Below are positions 38,445 to 50,945 of a stretch of DNA of 64,000 nucleotides, piece after piece. Positions within the stretch are counted from its first letter, which is position 1, and the number at the start of each line of letters is the position of its first letter. Below the pieces are notes generated by a model. It was not told where the DNA came from, searched no databases, and worked only from the letters and a program-made list of their open reading frames with translations. The position numbers and the translations under genes are program-made. This DNA is from Mytilus californianus (Eukaryota), in the NCBI RefSeq assembly GCF_021869535.1, contig NW_026262668.1, forward strand, positions 58,962,001 to 59,026,000. Direction: 5' to 3'.

Positions 38445-39150
38445 TTAGGAATCGAAACGGTATTTGGAATGCCATATAATTTACCTCAATTTGGGATTGA
38501 CACTTGAATTTTGAAGAGTCAAAATAGGATGAACGGATCATATAAACCCGAAGGCAAATATAATACAAGCCCAAACGAAAAAATATAAACAAGTCTAAAT
38601 ATAAATATATGTCAAATGTACTTAATAGGTGATTTACCAATATTTGTCAAATATACTTAATATGATGACACAGAAAAATATGAAAGAGGTAATGTGTTTG
38701 AAATATAAATAGATAAACACCACTAACAGAAAGCGTTGAAAACATATCTATACTGTCGTTGAGTTTTGTCCGCTCTAGATGACAAACAAATTTAAAGCAT
38801 AGTATCTGGTCTACGAGGAGCTGCAAGAATGGGGATTGTGTTTGACGAAAAAAATCAACATCAAACCTTCTCCCGGTTTTGAAGACATCGGAAAAATGTA
38901 ATACCCAACAAAGGAAAATTAAACAAGTATTCATATAATAAAATGCATATGACATAAAAAAAAACAATCGACCGTGTCTACTACTATATCATATTACAAC
39001 ATATGATACTAGGGCCATGTCGCTAAAAAACCTTCCTCTTCTAAATTCTCAACTGAGTAATATGTACAACAACAAAAAAACCTCATTCACCATGTCTCTG
39101 CAATGCCAAAATTGATATCAGGACCATGTGAAAATTCACAGACTAGCGTC

Positions 39151-39715
39151 TAGTCTAACATCTTCGCTAGCCAAGGGTTACGATCCACTTCCCTCCTCTC
39201 CACCCTTGGCAGATTAAGCCAACATTTGTGAAAACAATGTTGCGCCATCTATCGGTAGATTAAAGTCACGCCCATTCCGAATACATTATTCTTGACCAAT
39301 GGTTGCACTTGAACGCTTCAATTTGGAGATAAAAACACGGTAGCGTCTAGATTCTACACACTTGGTAAAGCAGGAAACGAAAATATACGTTGACATTCAT
39401 GCATTTGTGCAAGAAACATATACAGGAACTTCTATTAGTTGGTTAAAAACATTCAAATTGTCACTAAATATAGTCGTATGTTTAGGGATGTAAAGACTTG
39501 TTGCACAATAAGCACGTGGCAATTGTTTACATACTGTACCATTTTCTACATTTACACGTGATCATGTTATAGGCGCTTTTTGATTGGATGCAGCGAGTTT
39601 CGACTGCAACCAATGAAAATCATTACCTAGTGTCTCCGAAATTCTATCTCAATCCGCCAAGGGTGGAGAGGAGGGAAGTGGATCGTAACCCTTGGCTAGC
39701 GAAGATGCTAGTCTA
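39151..39715. mobile_element. MITE with ~60-bp TIRs, TAG...CTA ends
   Basis: CATCTTCGCTAGCCAAGGGTTACGATCCACTTCCCTCCTCTCCACCCTTGGC in the left TIR (39151-39210) is exactly inverted in the right TIR (39656-39715). Confidence 0.85.
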
Positions 39716-40794
39716 ACGGCGAGAACAGTCTATACATTTTTTTCAGTTCACACTTTGGACTACTTCCTTTTGAATAGATTCTATTCGTTTCTTTAAATTC
39801 TAGCTCGTCCTTCACATATGCTTTATAAGTCAAATTTTTATCAAAAAATATGACCAAAATGGCGCAAAAACCCATCGTGGGACAATCAAAGACCCTTTTG
39901 CTTTGCACTTAATCAGATGTTTAATTGTGCGTATAACTGAGTAGATAAGGGGAACAAGCCAATTATTTTCTCCATGCCAATTTTGTGTAAAAGCATCTAC
40001 CGCTTCTGCGGTCGAATTTCAGAAAAGTGAGTTAACCATTTTGTCTTGTAATTAATCACGCTAGCGAACCTATCAATAGAAAAAAGTCCCCATAAACTTT
40101 CTAAAAATTATAAAAAAAATCATTTGAAATTTGCCAATCCTCATGATCTCTCATTTGCTAATGTAATCTGCCTTTGAATTCAATGTGCGAGGAATCCATT
40201 GTAATTCAATGAATATATTATGCTCTTTACAAATACAAAATATGCAAGTGTTGCTCTCCACCTATTGCAGTTTTTTTTGTAAATCGTCCTTCATGCTTCT
40301 AGCTTGTACTATACGTACACAGTTTTGGTTATCAGTAAACCATTTCAAACTTTTGCCCATGAATAAAGTACTAAATGGCAATAAGGCATGTTCGGTTGCT
40401 CTCATCTCTCTCCAAGTGGAGCTTTTACTTTCTAATGCATTCCACATTTTGTGAAAAATCTTGTTTTCTAATTTTAGTATAAGCCCACAAGCTACATTGC
40501 TAGCATATAAAAAAATTCTATCAAAGAAAGGCTATATGAGCACATTCAAAATCTCACCTGGATAAAATATTTTTAATTGTCTATCCCAGCCCAATCTTTG
40601 CACGATGCACAAGTAACAATATCTTGTCATCAATCTAGTCAAACCGAACACTGGAGATAAAGAAATAATCTTACCAGTCACTTGAGCTAATTGCCTAGTA
40701 GAGAAAAACAAAAATCTTTCTAAAATTTTATTTATAGACTGTAACAAATCATAAATCTTCTTTCGGGAATTGAAATGCAAAATTGAGTAGATTC

Positions 40795-41505
40795 TCATGT
40801 GATTCCTAACCATTCTAATTTTTGGGTAGGTTCAAACACAGATTTTTTTCTATATTGACTAAAAAAACCAGCTTCTGCTAGTAATTTTTCCACAAAATCA
40901 GAATCTTTCCGACATAATTCGTAATCTGAATCCATCCCGAAACCATCGTCTAAATACAAAACAATATCAATTGAATTTTGTCTCCAATATTTAACCATAG
41001 ATCCCAAACATTTTGTGAACAAGTAAGGGCTAGAAGCCAGACCAAAAACTAAAACTGAAAAACAGTAATACTTGTTATTCCAGGAAAAACCAAGAAAAGT
41101 TTGTTGCTGCGGACGTATGTCAAAATGATAATAACCTGACTTTAAATCGAACTTAAACAGATATGAATCTTTTTTGAAAAATTGAATCGCTGTTTTCCAG
41201 ACTTTAAATTTGAATCTCTCTTTTTTGACTGATTTATTTAAAATTGAAAGATCCAATATTAACCTCTTTTTTCCTGATTTATTCGTGGCTACCGACAAGG
41301 GATTTACAATGTAAGGCGTAAAAGTAACTACATATGCACATCCAGAATCAACTAATTTCAAAACGGCTTTATCAACAATGTCGGAGTTAGAAACAGCAGA
41401 TTTATTGTTTTTTATGTGCATACTAAGGGGAGGCACTAAAAAGGGGATAACATAACCGTTTTCAGTTGTATTTAAAACGAAATCACTAGCTCCAATCTTA
41501 ACCAA
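40795..41505 (-). pseudogene. DIRS/Ngaro reverse transcriptase (disrupted)
   Basis: 236-aa ORF with VNPLSV...KKRLILDLS.LN, FDLKSGYYH, FGLASSPYLFTK and YLDD. The RNase H region continues only through frameshifts. Confidence 0.9.
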
Positions 41506-42809
41506 AAAATCGTAATGCTTTGCAATCCTGCTTTTAACATCTTTAAAGTTTTGTTGACTTGCAGAAAAATCTAATTTTCAAGAAAATAAACTTGTGACAT
41601 GAATTCGCCATTATTGCTACAATATCAAGAAGATAAAAAAAAAAAAAATCTAGATACTTATTATTGAAAGAAACTGGATCATTGCTGTTTGGCTGTCTGG
41701 TTACTGGGTGCAGAAGCTGTGACTGACTTGAAGTTGAGGGGGTAGTTTCTTCTCCATACTGCTTACAGTAGTGACAGATGTCCATGGGGCACGGGTCACG
41801 TGGTGCAGTGCTGGCACGAAAGGGCTGTTGATAACGACTGAAATCGTAAGCTGGAGGAGGAGGAGGGGCAGTAGCGATATGTTCAACTGCAGGCGTTGGC
41901 CTAGCTGTATACGGCTGAGGGCGGGTCTGTTTCTCTTTGATAGTTTTATGGGCCCTAGTCTCTGCCTGACGAATCTATTTCTCGTCTTCATCATTATCGG
42001 CGATATCGTTGTTCTCATATTCTTTAACAGTAGCCCACCCCGGCAGAGTTATCAGCAATCCTGATGAGTTTATTTCTTTCTTAAAGTTTACACAGCAATA
42101 GAAGAAAGAGGCAGAGCAACAGATACAAGGTCCTTGTGGATTTTGTTAAGACCCTCAATACTATTATCGTTAAAACGAAACTGAATACGATTCCCTTCTG
42201 ATTTAAACTTAATATTGGTCTCATCTCTGTATTTCTTTGACAAATTGTCTTGCTCTGAAAGAATGTCTGACTTTAAATCAACAAGAATCTTTGAAAAGGC
42301 CAAAAGTGTCTTTTAGGTCACGGTTTTGTTGACTTGCTTGTGGATTGGAATCGTTATGCCGTTCAGACTGACTGCTTAAGGGTTCCCCTAACAATTCGCC
42401 TTCATTCAAATATAGGACTGGCTCGGTCATATTTTCATCTAAACTTAACTGCACTGTAAACGAGCTTCGAATGACAATATTCCCTTAACTTACTTTAACA
42501 AGAAAACTACATGCATTTGCGCTTAAAAAATCCCATGCTATTTACAAATATTGACCAATCCGAAATATCATATATTTAAAACACAAACCTGTTTATTTAA
42601 TATGAACACCAATAGATGACCACTATAAAAACACACACTCACGTGTGTATGTTTTTATAAATAGAAACACGTATATGCTCAACTTTAATAAAAACATTTT
42701 GCAACGGATGAAATATCTATATCATCAAAATATTTACATGTGACAGAAACAGTTCAAACTGTCCGTGAAGATTACTTTCATCTAGAAAAGTAGTATAAAT
42801 TAATTATCA

Positions 42810-43100
42810 ATAACTCTGTTGCCTTGATGTCCCTGGGACAACTGGTTTTGCATTGAAAAGGGGACACAGAGTTTGCCAGTGACCAAGCTGGTTGTAGTTG
42901 TAACAGATGCAATGAGATGAGGGTTCCCTCCGTCAGCTGGTTCGAAAGGGCGGCTTTTGATAGTTGTTTTGCCGTACATGATATTGTGATTGGAAACGGA
43001 AGCAGTAGGAGCAGAAACAGTAGCTGCAGCAGTTTTACAAGGATGAGGTCTTTTCTTCTCCTTGATATTATATTGAAAGGTAAGAGGTTTGATAGTGTTA
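42810..43100 (-). pseudogene. Second retroelement gag remnant with zinc knuckle
   Basis: Minus-strand frame reads CICYNYNQLGHWQTLCP, a CX2CX4HX4C knuckle with the second Cys replaced by Tyr, after an Ala/Thr/Ser-rich stretch. Confidence 0.55.
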
Positions 43101-44271
43101 CGATTCTTTAGTTGAATACTAATTTGGCTTATTTGAAAGACATATTCTGTACGGATAGGAACGGGGAAAATAAGCTTTGACCGATATTAGATTACAACAA
43201 CAAATGCCATGTGTAGTGAATAAAATCTCTCTGTAGTTAAAACCGTCCTGTAAAACAAAGATGTTATAGCTTTAAACCCCAATAGTCATCAAAACTCATA
43301 AATTTATAGCACAGTTTTGTTTATGGAGAACGGGAGATAACACAATTTGAGATATGTTCCATCTTCTATTTAATTATTAACATACTATATAACAAAATAT
43401 TAATTTTTCTGTCCACCGCGCGCGGAAGTAGTCAAGAAGACATTATTATTTTTCAGGGGTTGACAGGATACACGTAATCGTTATAAATTTTAACTTCACG
43501 GTTCTTATGCAAGCAAATTTAATAAACAATGATTTTATACAGTTGGGTTTTTTGTTTTCACCTTACAAAGGGCTTTATTTCTGATCTTATTTCTGTGTAC
43601 ACAATTCTAAATCTACATATTTCACCTTTATCAATATTAGGAAATCCGTTTGAACGATTCCATATACCATTATGTTTTAGGGGGTTTTAGCTTCAGTGTC
43701 GAGTTGGTGTATAGTATTAAGGGTTGTCTGCGAGAAATAAATCATTTTTCTGATAGATCATTAACTGAATTCAAAACCAATATACATATAGTTAACATAT
43801 ATGCTATATTTTATTAACTGAGTAAATTGATCGGAATGTGAATGAAACATAGACCTAAAATTGTCAGTTTTGGTCTATCCCAGTCATGACATTTGCGCGG
43901 GAATTTCTTTTCCATTGACATCGTATTATATAATTTACTTTGGATTATTGTTATCTTTAAATGTAATGTGATAGGATTTTTCGCAAATACCCCTCAAGAA
44001 CATGCTATATCTGTTTAATTACACCGAATGTTAACGTTCAAAAACGCATTGATGATCGTGACGTTACAAGCGTCCAGTCGGATAGAGTATTTTTTGGCAA
44101 ATACCACGGCAGAGAGGGTAAAAAAGGCATATCCTTTTTGCATATACCCCGGCGGCGTTAAAAAATGAACGATATTCATTTGATAACAGTAAATTGGTGA
44201 AAAATACACTGGCTATCAACCAATCAAAACCCAGGATTCTTACATAAGGTGTAATTAAATGTGATATTATT

Positions 44272-44631
44272 TGTCTCTTCTTCTATAGTACGTATTTTGA
44301 CGTCAGTCTTGTACACATGAAGTCTCTAGTCTAGTCAGATCTGAAGTATACATGTACTCATTTTCAATTTTATTCTGCATATCCCACCCCCTCCCTACGT
44401 CACCCTGCTCAGTCGCTCCGTAATTCTCGTATCACTGCTTTGAGACAAAAGTGTCTCTTCTTCTATAGTTCATAGTTTGACGTCAGGTTTGTACACATAA
44501 AGTCTCTAGTCTAGTCAGATCTGAAGTATACATGTACTCATTCTCAATTTTATTCTGCATATCTCACCCCTTCCCTACGTCACTCTGCTCAGTCGCTCCG
44601 TAATTCTCGTATCACTGCTTTGAGACGAAAG
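44272..44631. repeat. 180-bp tandem duplication
   Basis: TGTCTCTTCTTCTATAGT... starts at 44272 and again at 44452 with few differences. Confidence 0.9.
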
Positions 44632-44701
44632 CAGGCATTATCAGCAACGTCATAACTCGCGTCATAATGTCTGAGGAGATGTAATCAGCGACGTCACAAT
44701 T

Positions 44702-45260
44702 TGTGAGGAGTCGTTATCAAGCTTGCTTTCGTCTAGCGTAAAACTGTCTTAGGGCTAGGCCGAGTAAGGGAGGTGAAAAAGTCAGTAATAGAACGATAAA
44801 CAGATAATCAGGTTTTCTTAGTATCTAGATACCTTAAAATATCACCCACTGCTGAGGACACAATTTTATTCATTTTAGCTCATTAGCTGCGCTCACTCAC
44901 CAAAAATGTTTATTGCGGCTCACTGGCTAATATTTTACGAAATCAATGTGAAGAAAAGCTGATAGATAATCTATACATATGTGTGAGGAGTCGTTATCAA
45001 GCTTGCTTTCGTCTAGCGTAAAAAATGTCTTAGGCCAAGTTAGAGAGGTGAAAAAGCCAGTAATAGAACGATAAACAGATAATCAGGTTTTCTTCGTATA
45101 GATACCTTAAAATATCACCCACTGAGGACACAATTTGATTCATTTTAGCTGATTAGCTGCACTCACTCGCCAAAAAGGTTCATTGCGGCTCACTGGCTAA
45201 TATTTGACGATATCAATGACTTTTTTTGTCAGTGTAGAAAAGCCGATAATCTCTATACAT
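44702..45260. repeat. ~280-bp tandem duplication with a third diverged partial copy near 45432
   Basis: TGTGAGGAGTCGTTATCAAGCTTGCTTTCGTCTAGCGTAAAA at 44702 and 44982. Confidence 0.85.
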
Positions 45261-45941
45261 ATATGGTCAGATCATATGTTTTCGTACGTCATACATTTGT
45301 CATATGAATTCGTACTATGCATGCCTTTTCAATGGAAATTGTGACGCCACAATGCATTCTTAATAGCACGAAAACCCATGAAAAGAGGATATATATACAT
45401 ATGTCAACCAAAATTTTTCAGGGACGTCATACCGTGCGAGGAGAACCTATCAAGCTTGAGTTCATTTAGCGTTAAAACTGTTTTAGGGAGGTGAAAAATA
45501 CCAGCAATAGAACGATAAACAGATGATCGATATTGTAAAATATCAATGTGTAGAAAAGCCAATGATCTACATGTATACATATATATATATACAAGTCTAA
45601 ATTGAAAACAACGTTCAAACCTATGATTGCGTTGGATAAAAATCGCAATTTTTATACGTGTGCATGCAAAACAAATTTCTTGGTAGAGGGGTCTAAATAC
45701 AGCACAAACAACATTTTCCAAAAGACCAAATGACTGAAAAAGTATATTTATACAAAACGCATTTGACTAGCAGGTCGAACAACTGTTGTTCTTAAACCCT
45801 GCTGACTGCCATTGGCGATTGCCAAATAAACGGATCACAAGATGTAACAAAATAGCTCTTATTATTAATTTATTACCAAACAGAAAACAATAAACTTGCG
45901 GAAAAGATGGTATACCGCAAACATGAGGTGCAAAAATTGTA

Positions 45942-45983
45942 CACCATATCCGGATTTCGACAATTAATGTCTCTTCAGTGATG
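45942..45983 (-). ncRNA. Type I hammerhead ribozyme, intact consensus
   Basis: Identical in sequence to the motif at 37865-37906. Confidence 0.85.
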
Positions 45984-46480
45984 TTAGGAATCGAAACGGT
46001 ATTTGGAAGGCCATATAATTTACCTCAATTTTGGATAGACTCTTAAATTTTGATAGAGTCAAAATAGGATGAACGGATCATCTAAACCCGAAGGCAAATA
46101 TAATACAAGCCCAAACGAAAAAATATAAACAAGTCTAAATTGAAAACAACGTTCAAACCTATGATTGCGTTGGATAAAAACCGCAATTTTTATACGTGTG
46201 CATGCAAAACAAATTTCTTGGTAGAGGGGTCTAAATACAGCACAAACAACATTTTCCAAAAGACCAAATGAGTGAAAAAGTATATTTTAACAAAACGCAT
46301 TTGACTAGCAGGTCGAACAACTGTTGTTCTTAAACCCTGCTGACTGCCATTGGCGATTGCCAAATTAACGGATCACAAGATGTAACAAAATAGATCTTAT
46401 TATTAATTTATTACCAAACAGAAAACAATAAACTTGCGGAAAAGATGGTATACCGCAAACATGAGGTGCAAAAATTTGTA

Positions 46481-46522
46481 CAACATATCCGGATTTCGAC
46501 AATTAATGTCTCTTCAGTGATG
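46481..46522 (-). ncRNA. Type I hammerhead ribozyme, one stem I mismatch
   Basis: Core intact; the 3' strand of stem I is TGTTG instead of TGGTG. Confidence 0.7.
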
Positions 46523-46555
46523 TTAGGAATCGAAACGGTATTTGGAAGGCCATAT

Positions 46556-46590
<35 letters not shown>

Positions 46591-47134
46591 CAACCTAAAA
46601 ATACAACTGATTTAACAAAAATCCTCATGGACTATTCTTTATACCAATATCTGTTAGCCATTTAGGGGTCGTTTGCATTCAAAGTTGAGTTATAGTGGGT
46701 TTATTTTGCGAAAAAAGAACTCAATATCCCGATAGTTAACGTTTTCTTTATATTTTGCTGTGTCAAAATGACCTCAGTGAAATATAAAGGACAGTATATA
46801 GTCCTAAAAATGGTATATCACGATCTACACATTACTTTTTAGCAGGAAAGACTGCCATTGGAGTATATCACCACTGGGTCTTTTTAATTTGATCTCATCC
46901 ACTAAAGTCATTCAAGTAGAACATTTGCTGTCGGGTTTGTCCACATTTTGGAATATATTAATACATGTATAGAAATACTGTTGAGTCTGTTCCCAAATGC
47001 CTCCCCAATTTGGAATATAATAATACATGTATAGATGTACTGTTAAGTCTGTTCCCAGATGCCTGAGATACACTTCAATATTTATTATTAATTGAAAATA
47101 AGTGGAATCATCTTTTAGAAAAGTTGTTCCTATG

Positions 47135-47735
47135 GTAATGAATCCCCTCCTTTATAAGTTAAGAAGGCTACATCTGTTTTTCCTTTTTTTAAAACCGCAA
47201 AATATCCATTGGGGGGGGGGGGGGGGGGATGTTCCCAACCTGTTTATTAGTGGAATTGTGAATCAGGCCATTACTCCTCAATTGTAATGATGCATACTTT
47301 TCATGTCGGGACAGTTTTCCTCATTTTTAAAGGCTGTATGCATGGTTGCCTATAATTGCTATGTCATTTGAACCTCTGTGGATAGTTGTCTCATCATGCT
47401 CATTGGCAATCATATATATTACATAAATGTATTGTAATTTTTATATGTAATGAATCCCCTCCAGATCCCCCTTTATAAGTTGGAAAGGGCCTATCTTCTT
47501 TTTATCTTCTTTCGAACTTTTTTTTTAGGGGGGGGGGGGGGGGTCCCAACCTGTTGTTTATAAGTTGTAAATCAGGCCATTACTTTTCTCAATTAAGTTG
47601 TTGCATATTTAACATGTCTGGACTGGTTTTTTTTCTCATTTTTGAAGGCTGTATGGTTGCCTATAATTACTTTGTTATTTGAACCTCTGTGGATAGTTGT
47701 CTCATTGGCATATGACATATACTGATTTTTATATG
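47135..47735. repeat. ~312-bp diverged tandem duplication with poly-G tracts
   Basis: GTAATGAATCCCCTCC at 47135 and 47447, each followed by a poly-G run, CCCAACCTGTT and ATTTGAACCTCTGTGGATAGTTGTCTCA. Confidence 0.8.
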
Positions 47736-48006
47736 GATTGCAGACCTGAAAAAGATGTTCAAAGTTGAAAATGCTGCAAACTTCAAACAACCTACTACAA
47801 CTTATTTACCTTGAAACTGTTGATCAGAACTATATATAATTGACTTACATGTACCACTATCAATCAACAGAACAAATGCAAATAATTATGATGTCATGAA
47901 AGGTTTTTTTTTAATAAATCTTGAATCTTTATACAATATAAACTGAATCCCAATATAAACATGTTGGGCTTTTTTACAGCAGAATATACAGTATGGAGTT
48001 TTCTCA

Positions 48007-48562
48007 TTTTTATACGCCTGTTTACGGGACGTATAATGGTATACAGTTGTCCGCCTGTCTGTCCGTCCGTTGTCAACATGTCAGAAATTAACTTAAAAAC
48101 GCTTTAATAAAATTGCATAAAACTTTGATGAATTGTTTATATCTATTGACGTGAGCTCCTTTTCTTTTTTTTTATAAATTTTAGATTTTACGTTTCCGAG
48201 TTTATTCTTAAAAAAAGGGGGATTTTCCAGTTTTCAGACTATAACTCAAAAATCTTTCAGCAGTTCTCATGAAATATTGATGAACTGTTTATATCTATTG
48301 ATGTAAGCTGCTGCCTTTAGAATTTTATAAATTTTACAATTCCAAGTTATGGGGTTTTATATATTAAAAAGGGGGAATTTCCCAGTTTCGGATAATGTTT
48401 TCAGCAATTCTCATTAAACCTTGGTGAATTGTTTATATCTATTGATGTAGCTTAAGCTCCCTTTTTGATTTTCATCAATTTCTAATCTGACATTGAGAAG
48501 TAATTGAACTTTATTCTTTGTAAATGTGACGAGGGTATCATGCGCTCATGGCGCAGCTGTTT
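48007..48562 (+). mobile_element. Non-autonomous Helentron-associated element (HINE)
   Basis: 5' TTTTTATACGCC plus inverted partner, (GTCC/GTCT)n microsatellite, three internal repeats of GAATTGTTTATATCTATTGA.GT, and a 3' GCGC-TCAT-GGCGC hairpin before TTT. Confidence 0.7.
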
Positions 48563-50945
48563 ATTGAAGGTGGTATGCATATGGTTGCCTATAATTTCTT
48601 ACATCCATTTTATTTGTATTTTAGGTAATAGTTGTTATTTATATAAACAAATCCCACGTCGATATATTACATGTACAACAATCAGACATCAACCCACGCC
48701 AACCTGGATGTAATTGAAAGACATCTAGAGGTCAATATATAGTCTCAAACAAAAGACAAAATAAGGAAAAATATAGCGAATTTTTTAGAAGAATTATTAT
48801 GAAATGTATAAGCAATATCTAAAATATATCGTTTAAAATATTTTAGGTTCCACCTACCATTTTAGAAAACTGGGATTTCATTGCGGCTAGTCAATTAGAG
48901 GGGTATTTCATTGGTTGTAGATATGGAATCTTATTTTATCATGAAGTCAGATTTGAGCTTTGACTTGAGGAATGAAGGTGGAGTAAAGACCGAATGTCAG
49001 TTTTAGTGTTATATATGTATACATATATTATTGATTCAGTGGTGATGGTAAATAGACACTGACAAGTCTTAGATAACATTTTATAGTTTTGAATGTTTCT
49101 TGATCAGTTAACTAAAATTAGGTGGAGGTATGTTCTTATTTCCGACAGAGGGGCACTCAACCTATATCAATTTGTGCATAAAGCGATTGATAGTTGCTAG
49201 AAACTGAATGCTTTAACCACAAATTTGTGAAAGTTTCATGTCTTTTTCAGGACTTCTGATCCAACCATGTAGTATGGCATGTTATTGAGATATGGTTTTG
49301 GTCGATGGATGTTCATGAAGGACCTGTAGTACAAAGTATATAACTGGATTGAGCTCTTTGTCTAAGTGTAGTATGAAAGTGCTTTGCTTTGAGCTCAGTT
49401 GATTGTTATGTTATTCATTCTTTGTGAAATAAAGATTTGACAGACAACTCTCATGTACAAGGAATTGTCAAAGTAGTATTCATTCTATGTACAATGTAAG
49501 TAATAGGGAGATAAAAGCATTTTATTTAGATTTGAACCAAACATTTTTTGTCCATTAGCCAAATTTAAAAAAAAGCACAAATTTACCAAACAATGCTACT
49601 CGTGCTATTAGCAATATGATGCTAGTTTGTTTTGTTACACTTTATTTTTATACATCTGTACTGCCTACTGACGACTCAGTCCTGAGTGTAAAGGGTCATT
49701 CAGTATGTTAAAAAAAAAGACCAAAATTCATAAGGCCTATCTGGCCTAATTGATTTCTAAAACTATATTTCATTGTACATGTTCAACATTTATCATTAAA
49801 TTTGTTTATTTCTTAATTTGTGTGGATTAACAGTAAATGTTAATTACTGCAGTACACTTTCATACCACAACAAAACTGCCTTACTGTATTGGTATCACTT
49901 ATATTTGTATCCATATAAAAAAAAATTGAAAAGAGAATATTTTTGCAATTCCTTTTCATATTGAATACTATAACTTTTTAGATCTTTAGACATATTAAGT
50001 AGATGTTCATATCCACTTGAAATTTTATCAGATTACTTCTGTAGCAGTTATGAGTCTTTGAAGCATACTCACAAAGGTTCTTTTGTTGATATCATTTTCA
50101 TACTGGTCAAAACTTTTTTTTTGCTTTGACTAGCTTTAGAGGAGATATTTTCAAAGAATTAATAAAAAATAACACAGAGGTTTACTTTTTAGCTCATCTA
50201 GCCCCAAGCATCATGTCAGGCATTGTCATTACTAAAAACCATTAATTAAATGTCTTCTAATCTGAGAAATAATTTCGACATTTAAACGGAAACTTTTACT
50301 TATGATACTGATGATCCACCACAAAGTAATATAAATAGAACCATACAAATAGTAAGCAAATACATGTTCTCAGATACCATCTCCCATATAAAAAAAATCA
50401 CATCATGAAAAAATGAACCTATTATGTGTTCCTCTCCTAGCTACAAAATGTATCCAAAATCAAAGATGTGGAACATATTCTATCATAATCATTTGGTGAT
50501 TAATGCAATAAGTGTCTCTTCCATGCCCGTCTTGAACATACAAAACTAAATATTAAATAAACAACACTCCTAATGCTCAGGTTGGTTGTCATTGTGCAAC
50601 ACAGTTAATAACATAGAACCCTATGGGAAAAAACATAGAACTTCTTTTGTCATATAAAACAGTCAAACATTCAAACATACTATCCACACTGATCTGTGTC
50701 CACACTTGTACGATACGTAAAATATTATTTACCTAAATGAAACGTCCTGTTGCGAACCAATGCAATGTGTTACTTCTCTATTAATAGATTAATATTAGAT
50801 AGATGTGGTATCATTGGCCATGAGTACAACTATCCACCAGAGACCAAAAGCTGTAAATGGTAGCAACTATATGTCGCTGTTCAGTTTTAAAAATAATGGC
50901 CAACACTGATACTGCATAGCAATAACTGACCCGATGCTTACTTAA

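Larger units (their letters stand above)
37507..38600 (-). mobile_element. Tandem dimer of a 538-bp hammerhead-containing repeat (retrozyme-like)
   Basis: Two near-identical units, with ATATAAACAAGTC at about 37509, 38046 and 38583. One hammerhead per unit at 37865 and 38403. Preceded by (TA)n. Confidence 0.85.
34868..42700 (-). mobile_element. Decayed Ngaro/DIRS-type tyrosine-recombinase retrotransposon, interrupted by several later insertions
   Basis: gag (42088..42303; GWATVKEYENNDIAD near 42000-42050; CHYC knuckle near 41770), RT (40795..41505: FDLKSGY, FGLASSP, LYLDD), RNase H fragments 40150-40813, and recombinase pieces YAGFLRFSE / KSKTDHYREG (37315-37490), FGLHSLRSG..ATAAA..KHGRW (35600-35790) and AKDGY..LTVSKCLGI* (ends 35481). 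A ~75-bp direct repeat at 35334-35412 and 34868-34940 fits split direct repeats. Confidence 0.85.
45588..46557 (-). mobile_element. Second tandem array (about 1.8 units) of the ~538-bp hammerhead repeat
   Basis: Highly similar to 37507-38600. Hammerheads at 45942 and 46481 (539 bp apart). Flanked on both sides by (TA)n. Confidence 0.85.

Noticed and set aside
37411-46593. Repeated small ORFs (MENVVCAVFRPLYQEICFACTRIK...) as a peptide gene family
   Set aside because: They are chance frames within the 538-bp repeat, with varying ends and frameshifts between copies.
48847-49440. Possible terminal exons of a further plus-strand gene (acceptors near 48846 and 49248, AATAAA near 49430)
   Set aside because: Short frames with no recognisable protein motif and no upstream exons I could link.
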